Source: a virus
Length of the DNA: 64,000 nt
IMG/VR virus record: IMGVR_UViG_3300037487_001184
Location: 60,230-124,229 of that record
Strand: one strand, 5' to 3'
Shown: positions 1 through 7,969 of the stretch, in pieces
Layout: each line of letters begins with the position of its first letter
Numbering within the stretch: the first letter of the stretch is position 1
The notes under the pieces: model-generated
The model's input: the letters and a program-made list of their open reading frames with translations, nothing else
Database searches by the model: none
Told to the model about the DNA's origin: nothing
Program-made: the position numbers and the translations under genes

Positions 1-1093
1 CCTGATTTCCTTGATATCCTTGCGGTCCTTCTAAAGTTCCTTGTGGACCCTCATCTCCCTGATATCCCTGAAAGCCATCAGTGCCCTGGTTCCCATCAAA
101 TCCTTGTACTCCTTGAAAACCATCTGTTCCTTGAATACCATCGGTACCTTGATAACCCTGGAACCCGTCTGTTCCTTGGATTCCATCAAAGCCCTGTGTT
201 CCTTGAAAACCGCCATCTCCTTGATATCCCTGATATCCCTGTGGACCTTCTAAGGTTCCCTGTATTCCTTCGGTACCTTGGTATCCTTGATACCCATCAG
301 TGCCCTGGTTCCCATCAAATCCTTGTGTTCCTTGAAAACCGTCTGTTCCTTGGTTTCCATCGGTACCTTGATTTCCATCAAACCCTTGATTACCTTGCGG
401 TCCTTCTAATGTTCCTTGTGGACCTTCATCACCTTGGTATCCCTGATAACCATCAGTACCTTGATAACCTTGAGGACCTTCAAGTGTTCCTTGAACACCT
501 TCATCACCTTGAACTCCTTGCGTACCCTGATTTCCTTGTGTTCCTTGAGAACCATCAAAACCTTGGTATCCCTGATAACCATCTGTACCTTGATATCCAT
601 CAAAGCCTTGGTATCCTTGGAAGCCATCTGTTCCTTGATTTCCGTCGAATCCTTGGTTACCTCGGTATCCCTGTTGACCTTGTGGTCCTTCCCCTTGATT
701 TCCTTGTGTGCCTTGAAATCCATCAGTACCTTGATTACCGTCAAATCCCTGTGTACCTTGAAAACCCCGATTTCCTTGAGTTCCTTGGTTACCCTGTAAT
801 CCTTCTAAAGTTCCCTGTATTCCTTCATTACCCTGATTACCTTGTGTTCCTTGAAAACCGCTAGTACCTTGTGTACCTTGTGGCCCATCAAAACCACCTA
901 AACCCCGAATACCAGTTGTACCCTGATAACCCTGGTTTCCACGATATCCTTGATTTCCTTGATAACCTTTAGTACCCTGATACCCAGCATCCCCCTGAAC
1001 ACCATCTATACCTTGATTACCTTGGTATCCCTGACTACCCTGACTTCCAATAGCCCCATGAGCCGGTGGGGAAATTACAGTGAAATTACTCAT
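1..1093 (-). CDS. Collagen-like (Gly-X-Y) virion fibre protein, 3' end outside the window; absent from the ORF track
   Basis: ATG at 1093-1091 overlaps the HNH stop (ATGA). Manual translation: MSNFTVISPPAHGAIGSQGSQGYQGNQGIDGVQGDAGYQG...; G-X-Q/G-X-D triplets continue to the window edge, interrupted by GTLEG units. Confidence 0.9.
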   Translation of the reverse strand, partial: MSNFTVISPPAHGAIGSQGSQGYQGNQGIDGVQGDAGYQGTKGYQGNQGYRGNQGYQGTTGIRGLGGFDGPQGTQGTSGFQGTQGNQGNEGIQGTLEGLQGNQGTQGNRGFQGTQGFDGNQGTDGFQGTQGNQGEGPQGQQGYRGNQGFDGNQGTDGFQGYQGFDGYQGTDGYQGYQGFDGSQGTQGNQGTQGVQGDEGVQGTLEGPQGYQGTDGYQGYQGDEGPQGTLEGPQGNQGFDGNQGTDGNQGTDGFQGTQGFDGNQGTDGYQGYQGTEGIQGTLEGPQGYQGYQGDGGFQGTQGFDGIQGTDGFQGYQGTDGIQGTDGFQGVQGFDGNQGTDGFQGYQGDEGPQGTLEGPQGYQGNQ

Positions 1094-1746
1094 TTTTTAT
1101 TAATCCTATTTCTATTACCTGCTGGTGTATTCAGAGCACGTTCAAGAGTCCAATTCTGTATACGGTAATCCAAAGCACTCATACTTATATCTAAACTATG
1201 CGCCCACTGGGCTCTAGTCTTATCCTCACCATTATAGATAATCCTTTTATTACACCTACGATTATTAGACTGCACACTAGCAGTAGCCCATCTACAATTA
1301 CCAGGCTCGTAGTCACCATCATTGTCTTTTCTATCTAAGGTCATACCGTCTGGACGCATTCCCATATCAGCTAAGAAATTTTCAAAACCATGCTTCTTGT
1401 CTAACCATCTATCGCAAACCTTAATACCGCGACCACCATAATTATGATAACCGGCATATTTAGGATTATAGCACCTATTCTTCATGTTCTGCCAACAATT
1501 ATACGTCCCACTTGACCACCCACGTTTAGTGTGGTTATGCTTAGTGAACCATTCAATATGCATTTCTCGCTTAAAACAACCACACGATTTTGTACTACCG
1601 TTATTTAGAGACAGCCCCCTAACTGTTGTAGTATTCCCACAGTCACATATACAGTACCACCAAGAATTCTTTTCGTCAGTAAAAGCAAATCCTAAGACCG
1701 ATAACCTCCCAAATACTTGTCCTGTTAAATTAATGACTTTTCCCAT
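1090..1746 (-). CDS. HNH-type homing endonuclease (phage family with N-terminal CxCxCG...SCGC Zn module)
   Basis: Motifs LTGQVFGRLSV, CICDCG, TKSCGC, NYGGRGIKVCDRW, TLDRKDNDGDYEPGNCRWAT. Confidence 0.85.
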   Translation of the reverse strand: MGKVINLTGQVFGRLSVLGFAFTDEKNSWWYCICDCGNTTTVRGLSLNNGSTKSCGCFKREMHIEWFTKHNHTKRGWSSGTYNCWQNMKNRCYNPKYAGYHNYGGRGIKVCDRWLDKKHGFENFLADMGMRPDGMTLDRKDNDGDYEPGNCRWATASVQSNNRRCNKRIIYNGEDKTRAQWAHSLDISMSALDYRIQNWTLERALNTPAGNRNRINKK

Positions 1747-1782
1747 TACCGCACCCCTTATTGTGTTTTCCTTAGTATTATC

Positions 1783-1835
1783 AATGGGCAGGTGGCTAAG
1801 GTTTCCACTTTTCGGGTAGCTTTCCCTAGCCCATT
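1783..1835 (-). ncRNA. Candidate three-way-junction cis-regulatory RNA upstream of the HNH gene
   Basis: Minus strand AATGGGC-TA-GGG(AAAGCTA)CCC-GAAAA-GTGG(AAACCTTAG)CCAC-CT-GCCCATT: a 7-bp closing stem enclosing two hairpins. Confidence 0.5.
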
Positions 1836-1847
1836 AAATTTGTCCCA

Positions 1848-2258
1848 CTAAGTGCCCCATAAAGTTATTGCACCTTCATTACCCCCGGATGTAAAAACAA
1901 TACTACCTGCCTTGCCATCGGACTCCCAGGTCAAGTATACTTCAGGCGGGATTTGCAACACATCGGCATCATTTCCATTAGCATAAAAAGTCACCACGTC
2001 ACCAGTACGATTATAAAAAATAAGTGTTGCATATCCAGTAACCGCGATAGTATCAGATGGATACTCTGTAATAGATGCCAGCTCCCTAAACGGGTATACT
2101 AATGGCGAGTGACTGGAAAACGTGATTCCTGTAGGGATTACAGTTGGATAAAAATCTGTAGTTGCAGAAGAATTCTTTCTTACAGTCGCGTGCTTCTTCC
2201 CTGAAATGCCACCCCTCAGAGTAATACTGCGCGCCGTTGAGTTCAAGTACGTAGGCAT
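1848..2258 (-). CDS. Hypothetical virion-associated protein
   Basis: 136-aa ORF with AGGAGG RBS, co-oriented with the structural arm. Confidence 0.7.
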   Translation of the reverse strand: MPTYLNSTARSITLRGGISGKKHATVRKNSSATTDFYPTVIPTGITFSSHSPLVYPFRELASITEYPSDTIAVTGYATLIFYNRTGDVVTFYANGNDADVLQIPPEVYLTWESDGKAGSIVFTSGGNEGAITLWGT

Positions 2259-2282
2259 AATTAAAAATCCTCCTGCTTACAA

Positions 2283-2522
2283 TTAATCTTCTACTACTAG
2301 TTCTGGAATCATTTCTTCTTCCACCGGACGGAAGGTTATCACCTTAATTTCTGTTTGGCTAATCCAAATACTACCACCATTTTCCATAGGAACTCTTATC
2401 TTAGCCTGTGACATTAGAGCAGGTTCAATAGCTGCTTGTTCCCCGTCTATAACCATGCTAAATACCACATCATTTCCGTCCGAATCACGTAAATTACTTA
2501 TAATTGTCACTGTCGTCTTCAT
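2283..2522 (-). CDS. Hypothetical protein
   Basis: 79-aa ORF with GGGAGG RBS. Confidence 0.65.
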   Translation of the reverse strand: MKTTVTIISNLRDSDGNDVVFSMVIDGEQAAIEPALMSQAKIRVPMENGGSIWISQTEIKVITFRPVEEEMIPELVVED

Positions 2523-2549
2523 CTGTCTACCTCCCTTTTGTTTTACAGT

Positions 2550-2900
2550 TTATACTTTTAGTGCTGCTACTGCTTTAAACGTAGCAATCTTCTCTGACAT
2601 AGCCAATTCTGTCGGTGTTGCTTCCGCTGCAATAAACTCAGCCAACTCACCTTCTGCTGCATCTGCCACATCCCCTATCTGAGCCTCAACCGCAGTAGTC
2701 AATGCACTGAAGTCTGTCGTGATATCGGCAATAACTTTATTGCCTCTGGTTAGTTTTAAGCCTTCTGGTGAAAGCTGTGCCATGAACATACCGAACACTG
2801 AACTATAAAGCCCAGACTCAGCCGGTCCTGCTTCCTGCCACACTATACGAAATGATTCCGTACCTGAAATTATACTAGCCAAAACATCTGCTGCTGCCAT
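2550..2900 (-). CDS. Hypothetical protein (possibly fibre-associated)
   Basis: 116-aa ORF starting 1 nt after the upstream gene's stop. Confidence 0.65.
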   Translation of the reverse strand: MAAADVLASIISGTESFRIVWQEAGPAESGLYSSVFGMFMAQLSPEGLKLTRGNKVIADITTDFSALTTAVEAQIGDVADAAEGELAEFIAAEATPTELAMSEKIATFKAVAALKV

Positions 2901-2901
2901 T

Positions 2902-3573
2902 TTATTCCCCTTCTACTACTTTTAGTTGTGGCTTTAGTAGTTCTTTTCTAAAGCGCATGAAATCTCCTATGAACCGTTTACCACCAATATGAACATTGGT
3001 AATTTCGGGATCTAAATAAATGCTATACCCCAACTCTCTTAATCTCCTACACATCACATTATCTTCCGACACCAACTCCCCATCTATTATCTTAACGTCA
3101 AATATCATTTTTCTCAATTTGCCTTCATTCTCATACTCAGGACTATTGTCCCATAATGATTGCATGGCTTTATTACTAAGTTTGAGGAATCCAGTACCTA
3201 AACTATTAACTTTGATAAGACCATTCTCTCCTATATCCAAATTTTGTGTGTTAATGTTATAAAGCTCTGCGTCATCAGTCTTTTTACGCACAGTTCCACC
3301 AACTACATCCTCTGGATAATTGAATAGCTTGAAAACATTTATTGGCTCAAACTCCATGTCATCGTCCACGAAGATCATCGCATCGGCACTGTTCTCCAAT
3401 GCTATTGCAATCAAGTCATTTCTTGCCCTTTGGATAAGCGCATCGTGACTGAGATAGATGGGATAAGTGGTAATACCAAGGGATTCACCCATACGAATAG
3501 TTTCTACCATAGAAGCACAGTAGTAGACCGAAACTGTTCCAGAATAACAAGGAGTTCCAATAATTATATTCAT
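2902..3573 (-). CDS. GT-A fold (GT2-like) glycosyltransferase
   Basis: IIIGTPCY, IQRARNDL, IFVDDDM (DxD), GTGF, SEDNVMC, and the C-terminal HIG motif. Confidence 0.8.
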   Translation of the reverse strand: MNIIIGTPCYSGTVSVYYCASMVETIRMGESLGITTYPIYLSHDALIQRARNDLIAIALENSADAMIFVDDDMEFEPINVFKLFNYPEDVVGGTVRKKTDDAELYNINTQNLDIGENGLIKVNSLGTGFLKLSNKAMQSLWDNSPEYENEGKLRKMIFDVKIIDGELVSEDNVMCRRLRELGYSIYLDPEITNVHIGGKRFIGDFMRFRKELLKPQLKVVEGE

Positions 3574-5648
3574 CTAGCTTCCAGTTCCTTTACCCTGGCA
3601 GATAGTTCCTGAATAGCTTTTACCATAACAACCAGTAGATTTCCCGATGCTACCTCCAACCTTTCAGGATTAACATCATAGACTAGGCCCGGTATTGTTA
3701 CACCCTCTTCCTTCTGTGCGATTTGAAGTTCTTGGGCGAGAAAGCCCATACCCGGTATCCCAACTTTGCTACCATCCCTCATATTCCAAGTAAATTCCCT
3801 TGGTTTAAGGCGATTAATAAACTCTAGCCCTACTGGGATATTACCTATGTTAGTTTTATCTCGTTCATCAGATATGGCGGTAATAGAAGTAACCTGACAT
3901 CTCAATGTAGCAACACTGGCATTACCTAATGTTACTTCATTAGCAGCATTAGCAGCAGAAGCATTAGCATCATAGCCTATTGCAGTTAGGTTTGAACCTG
4001 TGGTTACACTGTTAAGAGCCTGAAATCCAACAGCGGTGTTGTTGGCACCAGTAGTATTTGCATTTAAACTGTAAGCCCCTAATGCAGTATTACTAGACGC
4101 AGCACCCCCGATTGTAAGCGAAAACATACCAACAGCAGTATTATTGTTACCTCCACTACCATCCCTACATGCCTGATAGCCTATAATTGTGTTATTACCC
4201 CCGGTCGTATTTACGCTTAGTGCTGACTGACCAACCGCGGTATTAAATACACCAGTTATATTAGCAGCTAATGCCAAATAACCCACAGCAGTATTTGAGT
4301 TCCCCACAGTATTCCCCGCCAATGCTGATGCACCTACAGCGGTGTTGTAGACTCCGGTGGTGTTGGCAGTGAGGGCTTGATAACCAAAAGCAGAGTTGCA
4401 AGTTCCTGTTGAGTTAGTTTTGAGACTTTGACTTCCTACAGCGGTATTACCGGCTCCAGTATTTGCAAAGAGAGCGGCCCACCCTACTGCAACACAATCA
4501 TAACCAATTATATTAGTATAAAGTGCCTCAAACCCAATCGCAGTGTTTCTCACACCCGTTGTATTAGCTGCTAACGTCCAATAACCACACGCAGTATTCT
4601 CAGTCCCCACAGTATTCCCAGCCAATGCTGATGTACCAACAGCCGTGTTGTTGGCTCCGGTGGTGTTGGCAGCCAGTGCTGATGCACCGATTCCAGTGTT
4701 ACTATTAGCAGTATTGTATCTAAGAGCTAAGTACCCCATAGCTACATTAGAACTACCAGTTTGGTTGGTTGTAAGTGCACTAGGCCCAACAGCCACATTT
4801 TGAGTACCTGTAGTAGTTGCAGCAAGTGCAGCGTTACCAAAAGCAGTGTTAGCGTCAGCAAGGTTTGCAGCAAGTGCAGCGTTACCAAAAGCAGTGTTCC
4901 AGCTTCCCACAGTATTCCCCGCCAATGCTGATGTACCAACAGCGGTGTTGTAGGCTCCGGTGGTGTTTGCTTGAAGTGCACAGTATCCTAAAGCCGAGTT
5001 GCTGCTGGCAAGGTTTTGTTGAAGTGCATACATTCCTACGCCAGTATTATTTCCACCAACTAGGTTTGCATATAAACAGCCATACCCAACAGCGGTATTA
5101 TATAAACCAGTAGTGTTTAATTGAAGAGCAGAAGTACCTACTGCTGTCAATTCATGCCCCACCGTATTCCCCGCCAATGCTGATGCACCTACAGCGGTGT
5201 TGTTGACTCCGGTGGTGTTTGCATTCAACGCACTAGTACCAATAGCAACATTTGATGTAACTAATCCAGCACCATAGGATAGGACACGAGAGAATATGAA
5301 ATCACCAGTGGGGAATGTTCCAGCAGTTACTTCAGATGCAGCTACTTGTTCAAATACTAAATTAGCAGTAGTCCCTTTGCCTTTTAATACTAAACCTGTT
5401 GCGGGTGCTGCTAATAGAGTCGGGTCGAACCCTGCATCAGCATACACCATAATACCACGGGATGCACCGTGGGCGATGTTGGTTAGAGCTATATTATTAA
5501 CGGCATCGTCAGGAGAATACTCTTTCTTGTTAGTGCCATCGTATACAATAATCTTCTTAGTATCTGAAGTGTATGCAATTTCATAATCACTGAGCACAGC
5601 ACCACTCATAACCGCTGCGGTTCCCCGTTTAATTTTTATTACAGCCAT
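3570..5648 (-). CDS. Tail fibre/adhesin: Mtd-N-like anchor, beta-roll repeats, C-terminal S74 intramolecular chaperone
   Basis: N-terminus MAVIKIKRGT..EIAYTSDT..VYDG; many 14-aa NTAVGxxALxxNTTG repeats; SDERDKTNI...LKPREFTW...GFLAQE...KAIQEL. Confidence 0.85.
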   Translation of the reverse strand: MAVIKIKRGTAAVMSGAVLSDYEIAYTSDTKKIIVYDGTNKKEYSPDDAVNNIALTNIAHGASRGIMVYADAGFDPTLLAAPATGLVLKGKGTTANLVFEQVAASEVTAGTFPTGDFIFSRVLSYGAGLVTSNVAIGTSALNANTTGVNNTAVGASALAGNTVGHELTAVGTSALQLNTTGLYNTAVGYGCLYANLVGGNNTGVGMYALQQNLASSNSALGYCALQANTTGAYNTAVGTSALAGNTVGSWNTAFGNAALAANLADANTAFGNAALAATTTGTQNVAVGPSALTTNQTGSSNVAMGYLALRYNTANSNTGIGASALAANTTGANNTAVGTSALAGNTVGTENTACGYWTLAANTTGVRNTAIGFEALYTNIIGYDCVAVGWAALFANTGAGNTAVGSQSLKTNSTGTCNSAFGYQALTANTTGVYNTAVGASALAGNTVGNSNTAVGYLALAANITGVFNTAVGQSALSVNTTGGNNTIIGYQACRDGSGGNNNTAVGMFSLTIGGAASSNTALGAYSLNANTTGANNTAVGFQALNSVTTGSNLTAIGYDANASAANAANEVTLGNASVATLRCQVTSITAISDERDKTNIGNIPVGLEFINRLKPREFTWNMRDGSKVGIPGMGFLAQELQIAQKEEGVTIPGLVYDVNPERLEVASGNLLVVMVKAIQELSARVKELEAR
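4302..5222. repeat. Four near-identical 66-bp intragenic repeats (4302-4367, 4605-4670, 4905-4970, 5157-5222)
   Basis: Each encodes ANTTG(V/A)(Y/N)NTAVG(A/T)SALAGNTVG with only a few nucleotide differences. Confidence 0.9.
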
Positions 5649-5653
5649 CTTAA

Positions 5654-6043
5654 TTACTCCTTCAAAAGGTCCAATTGTAAACGTAAGGTGGAGAACTTGA
5701 TAAGCAAATTCATTAAATTCTTATTAGTCTTCATCATAGAAGATAACAACGTATCATGTTTTGCAGACGAATCAGTATAACCACCATCAAAAAAAGGATA
5801 TGACCTATATATAGCAGCGTCTCCACCATCAAATAATACAACCCCACCGGGTATTGTAACTATGCCACCATCTAAATTAACACTAGGTGTAGTAATAAAC
5901 TCCGGCATAAATGTATGTATATCTACTGACCCCCCTATTGTGTCACCATCCACTATAAAGAAAGTACTAGATGGAGTTGCATCGCCACCATCAACTACGA
6001 CAGTCCCCGGAACCGCAATGTCTTTTCCATCTACAATAATCAC
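5654..6043 (-). CDS. Small protein with repeated hydrophobic-DG(G) motifs, putative fibre adaptor
   Basis: IIVDG, VVVDGG, FIVDG, VNLDGG, VLFDGG, PFFDGG; GTG start overlaps the upstream stop. Confidence 0.65.
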   Translation of the reverse strand: MIIVDGKDIAVPGTVVVDGGDATPSSTFFIVDGDTIGGSVDIHTFMPEFITTPSVNLDGGIVTIPGGVVLFDGGDAAIYRSYPFFDGGYTDSSAKHDTLLSSMMKTNKNLMNLLIKFSTLRLQLDLLKE

Positions 6044-6189
6044 GCTTCCTCCAACGCTGCAATCTCTGATTCCATCAATATAATCTCATCCTGAAGAGAA
6101 AGCATATTAGTATTAATCTTTCCCCACGCGTCCATAACTGTGTCTGGACTATCTAAAGTAACTGCTATATATTCTGGTTCAAATGGCAT
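6040..6189 (-). CDS. 49-aa protein below the ORF-track cutoff (MPFEPEYIAVTLDSPDTVMDAWGKINTNMLSLQDEIILMESEIAALEEA)
   Basis: Fills the gap between 6193 and 6043 with a GAGG RBS and a GTGA overlap; carries a DTVxxAWxKINxNM motif followed by a short coiled coil. Confidence 0.75.
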   Translation of the reverse strand: MPFEPEYIAVTLDSPDTVMDAWGKINTNMLSLQDEIILMESEIAALEEA

Positions 6190-6192
6190 CTG

Positions 6193-7350
6193 CTACCTCT
6201 TTATCAACATTGCGGGTGCTGCTTCTGGGAACCTACCAGATTCAGGGCAAAAAGTTACTTCCTGACCACTCTCTACTAATGCCTGATTGACACCAAACTT
6301 TCTCGGTGAGGCATCATGAAATAAAATAATACCACCATTTACCATCTTAGGCAAGTAGAGAGATAATATCTCTTTCGTGTCTGTATATGAGTGTGGGTCC
6401 ACATCTACGTGAAGTAGGGTTATCTCCTCGAATATATCCAATACATGTTTGTCTTTAAAAGACCCCTTAATTATTGATATTCTATCTACGTCACCTAATT
6501 CCTCCGCCTTACACCTAATATTAGTATCCACAAAAGCCGCTTTGTAATCAAACTTATTAATTACCTCCAAAAACATCTTAGCGGATTGTGCCTCACCTAA
6601 ACCCAGCTCTAAAAATACAACAGGCTGCTTCGCTTTGCCTATACTCTCCTTATAGAAAGGTCTATAAGGCTCAAATAATTCTGAGATACCCCGATTACGT
6701 CCTCTTCCATGGTCTCCATTTAACAACTCTCTAGCGTCTGAATGGCTAGATAAAGTAGCATGTCCATAATGAAACAAAGGAGCATTCAAACACTCGACAT
6801 TTAAATAACCAAGACTCTTAGAACCGTTCCATATGTGATCATCTCCATACCACACCAATACATTATCACTGATTGGTCCTATACTCAACCACAAATCTCT
6901 TCGAATAAAATAATGAAAACCTGGAACTCTACCGCCCCTTTCACTCACTATAGGAATCCTGGGTTTAGTATTTAATAGCTCTCGCTTATCTTTAACCTCA
7001 TGCGGAATACATATACCAACTTGAGATAAGTCATGCAGAACAGTCAAGACCATCTCTATAGTATAATCAGCAAATAGAATATCATTATTCAATATAGCTA
7101 CATAGTCTGATTCAACGAGGTTCATACAATAATTCCACGCTGGATTCACCCCAAGATTAGTCTCGCTACGATGATATCGAATAGGTAGCATAGAAAACTT
7201 ATCTACCAATGTTGGTGTCTCATCGGTACTACCATTATCAAACATGAAAATGTTCGTAGGCTGGACAGTGCTATTCTTTATGCAGGTCAGCATCTGGATC
7301 GTCATGTCATATCGGTCATATACAGGTACTACGACATCATAAGTTAGCAT
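6193..7350 (-). CDS. GT2 glycosyltransferase fused to a class I SAM-dependent methyltransferase
   Basis: VVVPVY, DNGSTD, NLGVNPAWN, ILNNDI, YGDD; C-terminal FLELGLGEA, LLHVDVDPHSY, GGIILFHD. Confidence 0.85.
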   Translation of the reverse strand: MLTYDVVVPVYDRYDMTIQMLTCIKNSTVQPTNIFMFDNGSTDETPTLVDKFSMLPIRYHRSETNLGVNPAWNYCMNLVESDYVAILNNDILFADYTIEMVLTVLHDLSQVGICIPHEVKDKRELLNTKPRIPIVSERGGRVPGFHYFIRRDLWLSIGPISDNVLVWYGDDHIWNGSKSLGYLNVECLNAPLFHYGHATLSSHSDARELLNGDHGRGRNRGISELFEPYRPFYKESIGKAKQPVVFLELGLGEAQSAKMFLEVINKFDYKAAFVDTNIRCKAEELGDVDRISIIKGSFKDKHVLDIFEEITLLHVDVDPHSYTDTKEILSLYLPKMVNGGIILFHDASPRKFGVNQALVESGQEVTFCPESGRFPEAAPAMLIKR

Positions 7351-7969
7351 GTTTAGCCCTTACAAAATCATTCAATGCTTTTTCTTCAGACCAACCACGA
7401 TACAGTCTACTCTTCAGGGTACCAGCTCTCATTCCCAAATGCCTCTCCCACTGTGCCACTGTTTTAGTCTCACCTTTGTATGCAACCCAATGATTATTCC
7501 CCTTATTGTTACATTGCTCTCGTTGGGTAGCAAGTCTCCAATTTCCCGGTTCATAATCACCATCGTTGTCAATTCTATCTAAGGTCATACCCTTGGGTAT
7601 CTTCCCGATATCTGCGTAGAAATTCTCAAATGACTCTAACCACCTGTCACAAACCTTAATGCCACGTCCACCGTGGTTTTTATACTTCTTAACTCTCGGG
7701 TTATAACATCTACTCTTCATATTACACCAGACCGCATACTCTTTACTAAATCTACCACCATGAGTTCTAAAGTTATTGCCACAAACCTCAACACGTAAAC
7801 AACCACAAGATTGGGATTTTCCACGAATAATATTATCTATGAAAACAGTCTTAATACTACCACAAGAACACTTGCACTGTGCCATCCACTTTCCAGTATC
7901 CCCCCTAAACCTAGACAACACAGTCCAATTATTATATTTCTTCCCCACAATTAATGTATACTTACTCAT
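7337..7969 (-). CDS. HNH-type homing endonuclease
   Basis: CKCSCG, SQSCGC, HGGRGIKVCDRW, TLDRIDNDGDYEPGNWR; overlaps both neighbouring glycosyltransferase genes. Confidence 0.85.
   Translation of the reverse strand: MSKYTLIVGKKYNNWTVLSRFRGDTGKWMAQCKCSCGSIKTVFIDNIIRGKSQSCGCLRVEVCGNNFRTHGGRFSKEYAVWCNMKSRCYNPRVKKYKNHGGRGIKVCDRWLESFENFYADIGKIPKGMTLDRIDNDGDYEPGNWRLATQREQCNNKGNNHWVAYKGETKTVAQWERHLGMRAGTLKSRLYRGWSEEKALNDFVRAKHANL

Noticed and set aside
31-864. Track ORFs such as 43..864 (+), 406..744 (-) and 416..799 (+)
   Set aside because: They are shadow frames of the minus-strand collagen repeat
4302-5222. Diversity-generating retroelement template and variable repeats
   Set aside because: No reverse transcriptase in the window, differences are not adenine-specific, and all copies are in-frame coding repeats
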